From: a virus
Length of the DNA stretch: 55,230 nucleotides
IMG/VR virus record: IMGVR_UViG_3300031555_001876
Strand: one strand, 5' to 3'
Of this stretch, positions 47,691 through 55,230 are shown in pieces. Numbering within the stretch: the stretch's first letter is position 1; each line of letters begins with the position of its first letter. The position numbers and the translations under genes are program-made. The notes under the pieces are model-generated. The model made no database searches, was not told where the DNA came from, and was given only the letters and a program-made list of their open reading frames with translations.

Positions 47691-48974
47691 ATGAAAAAAG
47701 GTCAAGAAAGTTATAGTGAATTTATTGGAAGAATTTATCCTGATTCTCAAATGGTAAAATCAGTTACATTACAGGTAACTGAAGATTGTAATTTATGTTG
47801 TACTTATTGTTATTAGATTAACAAAAAGAAAAATTCTATGTCATATGAAACTGCTATAAAGTTTATTGATTATATTTTAAAAGGTGATAGTGATTATTTA
47901 AACTTTGAAAATAGCGGTGGTTTTGTTTTAGACTTCATTGGTGGAGAACCTTTGTTGGAAGTTGATTTAATTTGTGATGTTTCTAAATATTTAATCGAGA
48001 AAATGATTAGAGAAAATCATCCTTGGTTGCATAAATTTAGAATTTTAGTAGGCTCAAACGGCACTTTATATTTTAATGAAAAATTCCAAAAATTATTAGA
48101 AACATATGGTAATTGGATAGTATATGATGTAACCATTGACGGCAATAAAGAATTGCACGATAGTTGTAGAGTATTTCCAGATGGCAGCGGCAGTTATGAT
48201 TTAGCAGTTGCGGCTATGAGAGATTATAGTCACGGTTTTAAGGATAGATTATCTTCTAAAATAACTTTAGCACCTGAAAATTTACCTCTTATGAATGAGG
48301 CATTGCGGCATTTTATTTCTCTTGGCTTTACTGATATTAATGCAAACTGCGTTTTTGAAGATGTTTGGTCTATTAAAGATGCTAAAATCTTTTATCAGCA
48401 ATTAAAAGAATTTGCTGATTATGTATTAGATAATGATTTAGATGAAAAAATTTATTGTTCTTTATTTAGAGAAGAGGCTTTTAGTCCTTATACTGGTAAT
48501 AATGATAACTGGTGTGGTGGCACGGGTAAAATGCTTGCTATGAACCATACTGGTAATTTATATCCTTGTTTAAGATATATGGAATCTTCTCTTGGTGATA
48601 GTGTAGAACCTATTATTATAGGTCATATTGATACTGGTATTGGTTCTAATGAAAAAGAACAAGAATGGATAAAAGGATTACAAGCAATTACTTATACAAG
48701 TCAATCTCCCGAAGAATGTTTAAATTGTCCAATTGCAGATGGATGCGCTTGGTGCTCTGCTTATAATTATCAAGTTTTTGGTGAAATAAATAAAAGAGCA
48801 ACTTTTATTTGTATAATGCATAAAGCAAGAGCATTAGGCAATTATTATTATTGGAATAAATATTATAAGAAATATAATAAAGAAGAAAGAAAAAAAGTTT
48901 ATATCCCTAAAGAATGGGCTTTAGAAATTATTTCTGAAGATGAATTTAATTATTTAATTGAATTATCAAAATAA
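47691..48974 (+). CDS. Radical SAM / SPASM-domain enzyme. It resembles an anSME or peptide-maturase-like thioether- or crosslink-forming rSAM.
   Basis: CNLCCTYC is a CxxxCxxC motif, followed by the GGEPLL SAM-binding motif. The C-terminal segment CLNCPIADGCAWCSAYNY is a Cys-rich auxiliary-cluster region. ATG 47691 follows AGAGGAAG. An in-frame TAG at 47814-47816 lies right after the CxxxCxxC-Y. Confidence 0.75.
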
Positions 48975-48990
48975 TAATTAAAAAAGGAGG

Positions 48991-49758
48991 TTGGAAAATA
49001 TGGCAAACGGTAATAATTGTATAGATGATGTTTGTACTACCAGTTGTGTTGGTGATTGTTTTACTACTTGTACTGGTGCATGCAGTAGTGGTAATGTATG
49101 TAAAGGCGGATGTACTGGTGGATGTTATAAAACTTGTACTGGTGGATGCGGTGGCGGATGCGGTAATGATTGCACAGATACTTGTAATGATACTTGTAAT
49201 ACAACTTGTGTGAAAACTTGTGCTGATGATTGTACTGGTGGATGCAAAGAAACTTGTACTGGCGGATGTGATAATACTTGTAGTAGTTGTTCTTATGGTT
49301 GTGCTTCTGATTGTTACGCTTATTGTGTGGACTATTGTAATAATAGTTGTAGTGGAGGATGTAAAGAAGGTTGTAGAACAGTTTGTTCAAATGCTTGTAA
49401 AGATGATTGTGGAGCCGCTTGTAAATCAAGTAATCAAGAAACCTTATTAGTAACACCAGTTACTAATTTAAGAAATAACTTAAAAATTGGTGCAATAGTT
49501 CACGCAGATGAATTAGATTTAATAGAACAAGCCCTTATATTTGAATTAGAACGCAGAAACTTAACTTCAACTACAGGAGATACGCAATTAAGTAGAGATA
49601 CTGCGGTTTTAGCAAATATAATCAAATCACTTCACGAAAAAAGTGAAAAAGCATCCTATAACAAAGATAGTAACCAATTCTTAATAGATGATGATGAATT
49701 AGTAGGCTATATTGACTATGTTATAACATTATTTGGTCAATATGTACAACAATCTTAA
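48991..49758 (+). CDS. Poly-Cys protein B of 255 aa. It is a paralogue of protein A, with about 45 Cys in C-x3-C repeats and a Cys-free C-terminal domain.
   Basis: Ribosome binding site AAAAGGAGG. The repeats include CTTSC VGDC FTTC TGAC.... Confidence 0.7.
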   Translation: MENMANGNNCIDDVCTTSCVGDCFTTCTGACSSGNVCKGGCTGGCYKTCTGGCGGGCGNDCTDTCNDTCNTTCVKTCADDCTGGCKETCTGGCDNTCSSCSYGCASDCYAYCVDYCNNSCSGGCKEGCRTVCSNACKDDCGAACKSSNQETLLVTPVTNLRNNLKIGAIVHADELDLIEQALIFELERRNLTSTTGDTQLSRDTAVLANIIKSLHEKSEKASYNKDSNQFLIDDDELVGYIDYVITLFGQYVQQS

Positions 49759-49962
49759 TTTGATTTTTTTTAAAAAAAATGATATAATATATTTACAAAG
49801 TTAAGGAAAAGAAAAATTAATTTTTCTTTTCCTTAACAGAAGAAAATTTGATTTTTTAAAAAAAATATGATATAATATATTTACAAAGTTAAAGACTCAA
49901 ACAGCAATTTTATTAAACATCTGAAATGGGTTCTGATAAATTTTAAGGAGTCTTGTTAATAT

Positions 49963-50036
49963 AGAGGATGTAGTGTAATGGCAACACGCCACATTTGGGA
50001 TGTGGAATCGCGGTTCAAATCCGACATCTTCTACCA
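49963..50036 (+). tRNA. tRNA-Pro (TGG).
   Basis: Acceptor pair agaggat/atcttct, anticodon stem ccaca/tgtgg with loop tttggga, T-loop ttcaaat, and CCA. Confidence 0.55.
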
Positions 50037-50039
50037 TAT

Positions 50040-50116
50040 GCGGGATTGGCGCAGCAGGTAGCGCATCTGACTTACATTCAGGAGGCTCATAGGTTCAAAT
50101 CCTATATCCCGCACCA
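50040..50116 (+). tRNA. tRNA-Val (TAC).
   Basis: Acceptor pair gcgggat/atcccgc, D-stem gcgc/gcgc, anticodon stem tctga/tcagg with loop cttacat, T-arm atagg-ttcaaat-cctat, then a and CCA. Confidence 0.7.
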
Positions 50117-50283
50117 AAGTTTCTTCATAAATCGCTCCAAAGACACATACAGCAAATTTTGTTTAGTAAAACAATGTGTTATAGGTTCGAGTCCTATCTT
50201 GTGAGTATTTTGCGAGTCGACCAATTGGTAGGTCAATTGTCTAAAATGTGTCTTGTAATTTTCCCTTCGTTCAAATTAAATAT

Positions 50284-50359
50284 TGGGGATTGGTGTAATT
50301 GGTAGTCACATTTGACTTTGACTCAAACAGCGTAGGTTCGAATCCTGCATCCCCAGCCA
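50284..50359 (+). tRNA. tRNA-Gln (TTG).
   Basis: Acceptor pair tggggat/atcccca (U1-A72), anticodon stem tttga/tcaaa with loop ctttgac, T-arm gtagg-ttcgaat-cctgc, then g and CCA. Confidence 0.7.
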
Positions 50360-50461
50360 CGCCAGTGAAGAGTGAACAAATGTAGGCACACTGGGGTATC
50401 AATAAAAGGCGGTATGTGTGGTTAAAGAGGGCAGACCTTAATGCAACCTCATTTTTAATAT

Positions 50462-50549
50462 GCCGCTGTGGTGGAACAGGTAGACACCACAGACTTAAAA
50501 TCTGTTGCTCTTTTTGGGCGTGCCGGTTCGAGTCCGGCCAGCGGCACCA
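50462..50549 (+). tRNA. tRNA-Leu (TAA), type II.
   Basis: Acceptor pair gccgctg/cagcggc, anticodon stem acaga/tctgt with loop cttaaaa, a long variable arm, T-arm gccgg-ttcgagt-ccggc, then a and CCA. Confidence 0.7.
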
Positions 50550-50675
50550 TATGATTAAAATCAACTAACATTTTGTTAGTTGATTTTTTTTATTTGTTTG
50601 GACCGACCGGCAACAAACGCAAGAATCGAAAACCCAAATCAAAAAATCGATTTAGAAATTTTAAGGAGGATTTAT

Positions 50676-51245
50676 ATGTCATATCAATTAACGCGTAATA
50701 CTCTATCTCGATATCTAAATACTGATACATTGAAAATCCAAGAGTGTAAAGAAATAGAAAATTTTCAACCTTTGTTACAAAAGAACTATGGAGAAGATTA
50801 TGATTGCTCATTGGTTTCAATTACTATGATAATTAATAACTATCGAAAAGAATTAGTTCCTTTAGATATTTATAAAAAAGTAGAAAAGATTGCTAAAAAT
50901 TATTTTTATAATGGAAAAGTATTTGGTACTTTACCTTTCTTTATAAAAAGCATTTTTGATAGAACTTTAAAAGAATATAAAATATATAAAACCACAAAAG
51001 CAAAATATTTAAAAGATTGCGGTTTTACCTATAATTTAATAAAGGAAAACATAAAAGCGCAAAAGCCTATGATTTTATCTATGTGGAATGATGGCCGCAA
51101 CTATTATAAGAATCATAGTGTAGTAATTATTGGATATGCTATAATAAATAATAAAAAGTTTTTAATAGTATTTGATAATTGGAGTCGTGAAAAGGCTTAT
51201 ATTGATTACTCAAAATTAAATAAAATGAGTTGCTTAAACTATTAA
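50676..51245 (+). CDS. Papain-like cysteine peptidase, C39-like or CHAP-like.
   Basis: Cys motif EDYDCSLVSITMII and downstream His motif NHSVVIIGY. Ribosome binding site AGGAGGATTTATATG. Confidence 0.45.
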   Translation: MSYQLTRNTLSRYLNTDTLKIQECKEIENFQPLLQKNYGEDYDCSLVSITMIINNYRKELVPLDIYKKVEKIAKNYFYNGKVFGTLPFFIKSIFDRTLKEYKIYKTTKAKYLKDCGFTYNLIKENIKAQKPMILSMWNDGRNYYKNHSVVIIGYAIINNKKFLIVFDNWSREKAYIDYSKLNKMSCLNY

Positions 51246-51335
51246 AAAAAAATTTGACAAAACTAAAAAATCTATCTACAAATTATTTTAATAATTTTAG
51301 AAGAGATAACTTTTGATTGGAGGTTAAAGTTTACT

Positions 51336-51704
51336 ATGGCCGTAACTATATAGTTAAAGCGTGGTACTGCCGAGGCTTGGAAAAGAGTTAATCCTATTCT
51401 TGCTGTTGGTGAACCTGGTTTTGAAAAAGATACTAATCGCTTAAAAATTGGTGATGGTATTAATAATTGGGTTAATTTACCTTATCAAGATTAGAGTAAC
51501 GAAAATGTATTTAATACCAATACTCGTTATGAATTTCCAAGTATAGGTAAAGAAAATGTTATTTATAAAGCCTCCCAAGAAGCAAAATTATATCAATGGA
51601 ATCCTACCTTAAATATCTATGAGTCTTTAATTGGTTCAGGAGATGGTGGCAGTCTCGATGATATAGATTTAATAAATGGAGGTAACGCATATGGCAACTC
51701 TTAA
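51336..51704 (+). CDS. Small stand-alone protein that consists of a tail-fibre N-terminal (HylP-like) domain. It has two recoded TAGs.
   Basis: Motif AEAW...NPILAVGEPGFEKDT...KIGDGINNW.NLPY. Ribosome binding site GGAGG. TAG at 51351 and 51492. TAA at 51702-51704. Confidence 0.5.
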
Positions 51705-52953
51705 TACCAGAATAGCGTTAAGAAGTGACTCTTCAGCCAATTGGGCAAATAATAGTTCTGTTATTTTACTGAAAGGCGAAATGGGTATTGAATTTGACGA
51801 TTCTGGCAATGTCAAAATGAAAGTCGGCGACGGTATCTCCACTTGGGCCGCACTACCTTATTTTGCAGGTAGCGACGCAAGCACCGAAACCGCAAAACCA
51901 AGTCAGGTATTCCAAGCCGATATTGAAGGCGAAGAAACTGATTTAGAGGCAATTAATCGTGTTGTTGGCGAAGCAGTTGTCTCTGAAGGCGATATGGCTA
52001 TCGTAAGAGCCACTACCGCTGAAAAAACTTTCCATACCGCTTATGTTTATGACAATGGCGCTTGGGCTGCTATGGACGGCAATTATAATGCTGAAAATGT
52101 TTACTTTGATGAAGATTTATTAACTACTGTTGCAGTTGGTAATATTGAATTAGTAAATGGACAAGCAACTATTGCTTCTACTGGCAAAAACTTAAAAGAA
52201 GTTTGGGAATCTATCTTTGTTAAAGAGCAGAATCCTGAAACTATTGATCCTGCAGTATCTTTCACTTCTGCTACTACTGGTAGTTATGAAGTTGGTACTT
52301 CAGTCACTCCAAAATGTACTGTTAAATTAGATCCTGGCTCCTATTCTTATGGACCTGAAACTGGCATTACCCCAAGTAGTTGGACTGTCCAATTAAAGAA
52401 TGGCTCTACTGTTGCTCAAACTCGTTCTTCTGCATTTGCCGAATTTGATTCTATCATTTTAAGCGACGGCGCTAATTATTCTTATGTTGCAACTGCCGCA
52501 TATGAAGATGGCGCGATGCCTTTAACCAATAGAGGTAATGAATATGCAGATGGACAAATTAAAGCAGGTAGCGATAGTGAAACTTATAGCAGTAAAATTT
52601 CTAGTTATAGAAATACTTTTTATGGCACTTTTACTGAAAAAGACACACCTACCAGTGAAAATATTAGAGGATTAGCCGGAAAATCTGGTCGAGCATTATC
52701 TAACGGTTCTTCTTTCACTTTTGATGTTCCTGTTGGCGCATTAAGAACTGTTATTGCTTATCCTGCTTCTTTACGAGATTTAACTGCGGTAAAAGATAAT
52801 AATGACTCTATGAGTAACATTATTTCTTCTTTCACTAAAATGACTGTATCCGTACAAGGTGCTGATGGATTTAGCGGTATTGATTACAAAGTCTATTATA
52901 TTGACTATGCTAACGCTAATGATGTGGCTAACAAATATACTGTAAATATTTAA
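51691..52953 (+). CDS. Tail fibre / receptor-binding protein of 420 aa with a HylP-like N-terminal domain.
   Basis: Motif TRIALRSDSSANW...ILLKGEMGIEFDD...KVGDGISTWAALPY. Confidence 0.6.
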   Translation: MATLNTRIALRSDSSANWANNSSVILLKGEMGIEFDDSGNVKMKVGDGISTWAALPYFAGSDASTETAKPSQVFQADIEGEETDLEAINRVVGEAVVSEGDMAIVRATTAEKTFHTAYVYDNGAWAAMDGNYNAENVYFDEDLLTTVAVGNIELVNGQATIASTGKNLKEVWESIFVKEQNPETIDPAVSFTSATTGSYEVGTSVTPKCTVKLDPGSYSYGPETGITPSSWTVQLKNGSTVAQTRSSAFAEFDSIILSDGANYSYVATAAYEDGAMPLTNRGNEYADGQIKAGSDSETYSSKISSYRNTFYGTFTEKDTPTSENIRGLAGKSGRALSNGSSFTFDVPVGALRTVIAYPASLRDLTAVKDNNDSMSNIISSFTKMTVSVQGADGFSGIDYKVYYIDYANANDVANKYTVNI

Positions 52954-52967
52954 GGGGGTAAAAAACG

Positions 52968-54866
52968 ATGGCTTTAACATTTGGTAAAATCAATCGTGCG
53001 GCGAGTTTTAACCCTACAACCGCGTTCCCACTTGATGCGCGCAGTTATTTTGAAAGTTATGATTTAGCCGTTGCTGCTGCCTTAACTGCCAAAGAGGCAG
53101 GCGATACTACTACTGTTCACTATTATGGTGAAACTTTATGTGTCGTTGAAAATGGCGCTGCTAAACTTTATATCATTCAGCCAGAAGGCAAATTAGAGCC
53201 AGTAGGCAGTGATGTTAAAGTTAGCGTAAATGAAAATGCTTTTACTTTTACTGATGGTAAAATTGATTTACTTGGCTTTAGTGAAGCAGTCGCGGGCGCG
53301 CAATTAGTAAAAACTGAAGACGGCAAAATCTCTTGGGTAAAACCTGATGCTACCACTGTAGAAGGTTTACAAACTGCGGTTAGTACTTTAGAAACCAATG
53401 TTTCTAATTTAACTACTCTTGTAAATAATAAAGCAGATTCTTCTACTGTATACACCAAGACCGAAGTTGACAATAGTTTAACTGCTATTACTAATACTTT
53501 AGATAATAAAGCAAATGCGGCTGATGTATATAGTAAGAGCGAAGTTGATGGTTTAGTTTCTCCCAAGGCTAATGCTGCTGATGTATATACTAAATCTGAA
53601 ATTGACGCTTTAGTTAATCCTAAAGCCAATAGCAGTGATGTTTATACTAAAGCCGAGGCTGATAGCGCGATTGCCGCAGCGGTTGCAGGTGCCGAACATC
53701 TAAAGAGACAAATCGTTGACCAAGCCGATATTGACATTTATCTTGCTGGACCTACTCTGGCTGAAAAGAATGTCATTTATATGGTTAAGACTGGTGCATC
53801 CAGTGATGCTTATAAAGAATATATGCGATTTGACGCAGAAGATGGCACTGTAAGTTTTGAACAAATAGGCGATACTTCTGTTGATTTAAGCAATTATGTT
53901 ACTTCTGATGCTTTGAATAGTAAGGCAGACGTTAGTGTTACTGATAATCTGGCTGCTTTAATTCAGGCAAATACTAATAATATCGCTTTAAAGGCTAATC
54001 AATCTGATTTAGAGACTTTATCTACTTCTGTTGGAACTAATACCAATGAAATTGCTGCTTTAAAAGAAGCAATGAATGATAAAGCCGCAAAGAGTGATTT
54101 AGAGAGTTTACAAGAAATTGTTAATTCCAAAGCCGCACAAAGCGATTTAGATAATTTAAGCAGTACTGTTTCTGCTAATGGCGAACAAATTGCTTTATTA
54201 GAAACTAATAAGGCTGATAAGAGTGATTTAGAATCTTTACAAGAAGTTGTTAATTCTAAAGCCTCTCAAAGTGATTTAAATGCTTTAGCAAAGATTGTTT
54301 CTGATAATTCCACGGCTATTGCAACAAAGGCTAATCAATCTGATTTAACTGCTTTAAGCGGCGTTGTTGATAATAAGGTTGATAAAGTTTATAGTGAAGT
54401 CGATGGAGAACAAGTTGCTTGGACTTTATTAAGTCCTACTAATGCTAAAAAGTTAGAGTAGTTAAGTATTGATGAAGATGGTAGTGTTGGTATCTCTGGT
54501 ACTGTTGCTGCCGATAAGGTCGAAGGTCTTGCTGACTGGATTACAAGTAAGCGTGACACCGTTCCTGGTTTATTCTCAACTACTTATCAATCTAAACTTG
54601 ATGGTATTGAAGAAGGCGCTCAAGTTAATGTAATTGAAGCAATTAAACTTGCGGGCGCTGATGAAAATCTCGCTATTGCTAACAAGACTGTTGAAATTCC
54701 TTATGCAACTGATAGTCTTGCTGGTATTGTTAAAACTTCTCAAGAAATTACTTTAAATAGTGATAAACAATTAGAAGTTTTAAGTTTGAACGTGGATAAG
54801 TTAGTACAGACTGGTGATTTACTGCTGAATTGCGGTGGAGCCACTGGTTTTACTTATTCTGAATAA
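52968..54866 (+). CDS. Tail fibre protein of about 632 aa with periodic repeats (KANAADVYTKSEVD; KANQSDL..L).
   Basis: Ribosome binding site GGGGGTAAAAAACGATG. In-frame TAG at 54459-54461, then the frame continues to TAA at 54864-54866. Repeats of 17-19 aa are typical of fibre shafts. Confidence 0.6.
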
Positions 54867-54895
54867 TTTTAAATTTGAAAAGGAGATAATTATTT

Positions 54896-55230
54896 ATGGC
54901 TACTGCTAATAAGACTTTACAGACAAGAATTCAATTAAAGTATGACTCTTATGAAAATTGGATTAGCAATAACCCTGTATTATTAAAAGGTGAAATCGCT
55001 GTTGCTACTGTCTCTGTCCCCGCAGAAGGACAAACTAATACTCCCGATTTTCAGAATCTGCCTAACGTTGTTTTAAAAGTTGGCGATGGTAGTTCTCATT
55101 ATAATGATTTAAAATTCGTAAGTGGTTTAGCCGCTGACGTATACAAATGGGCTAAGGCTGATAAAAAGCCTTCTTATTTTGCTAATGAAATTCAGGGTTT
55201 AACTGAATATGTTCAGAATATTTCTGACGT
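54896..55230 (+). CDS. Tail fibre protein with a HylP-like N-terminal domain. The 3' end is cut off by the right edge of the window.
   Basis: AGGAG ribosome binding site. Motif TRIQLKYDSYENW...PVLLKGEIAVA...KVGDGSSHYNDL. Confidence 0.55.
   Translation, partial: MATANKTLQTRIQLKYDSYENWISNNPVLLKGEIAVATVSVPAEGQTNTPDFQNLPNVVLKVGDGSSHYNDLKFVSGLAADVYKWAKADKKPSYFANEIQGLTEYVQNISD

Noticed and set aside
49064-49456. Minus-strand ORF rich in His, Tyr and Lys, and plus-frame ORFs 46990..47178, 49025..49213 and 49220..49450 that are rich in Leu and Val.
   Set aside because: These are alternative-frame artefacts of the Cys-codon (TGT/TGC) repeat in the poly-Cys genes. The real frames are 46977..47687 and 48991..49758.
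50385-50460. Possible tRNA between tRNA-Gln and tRNA-Leu(TAA).
   Set aside because: There is no T-arm or acceptor complementarity. It is probably spacer.
1-55230. TGA recoding (code 4-like) or a crAss-like Bacteroidetes phage assignment.
   Set aside because: Every in-frame interruption I examined is TAG, while TGA and TAA terminate genes. The promoters are sigma70-type -35/-10 with AGGAGG ribosome binding sites, not Bacteroidetes-type. A Firmicutes-like host and TAG-only recoding fit better.

Overview
AT-rich (about 30% GC) window with the look of a large tailed dsDNA phage or prophage. It has sigma70-type promoters (TTGAYT-N17-TATAAT) and strong AGGAGG-type ribosome binding sites, which point to a Firmicutes-type host rather than a crAss/Bacteroidetes one. 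The main points, from left to right:

- **TAG recoding.** Many genes on both strands carry in-frame TAG codons, while TAA and TGA close the genes. Examples are terL, the neighbouring minus-strand genes, the tail fibre genes, a GIY-YIG homing endonuclease, a radical SAM gene and several early-region genes. Two paralogue alignments give some support for TAG = Gln, but it is unproven. No CUA suppressor tRNA could be identified by eye.
- **1-7250, minus strand.** A packaging/morphogenesis block: a partial acidic zinc-ribbon protein, a portal candidate, a small PD-(D/E)xK-like nuclease, the terminase large subunit and two upstream genes.
- **7260-7320.** A divergent promoter pair; plus-strand early genes start after it.
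- **9.7-20.1 kb.** A GC-richer module of small single-gene cassettes, each with promoter, leader, small ORF and terminator. They are interleaved with iteron-like repeat clusters. Recognisable products are an NT5C-like HAD phosphatase and a DEDDh exonuclease.
- **20.7-23.0 kb.** A minus-strand AT-rich island with a RepA_N-like winged-helix protein, iterons and tandem repeats.
- **23-43 kb.** A long run of small plus-strand genes, each behind a near-identical consensus promoter. They include many zinc-ribbon proteins, a nucleotidyltransferase, a GIY-YIG homing endonuclease, two Prs-like PRTase paralogues flanking a PncA-like nicotinamidase, and two large paralogues plus an M28/M42-like peptidase with C-terminal multi-zinc-ribbons.
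- **tRNA arrays.** Arrays at 43.2-46.6 kb and 49.96-50.55 kb hold at least about 15 tRNAs, plus odd tRNA-half or tRNA-like pieces near 38.4 kb and a roughly 1-kb uncharacterised structured stretch.
- **46.98-49.76 kb, between the arrays.** Two paralogous poly-Cys proteins (about 35-45 Cys in C-x3-C repeats) flank a radical SAM/SPASM enzyme. A C39/papain-like cysteine peptidase sits just after the second array. This could be a phage-borne RiPP-like or protein thioether-crosslinking system, and it is the most novel-looking content in the window.
- **51.3-55.2 kb.** A tail fibre module with HylP-like N-terminal domain paralogues.
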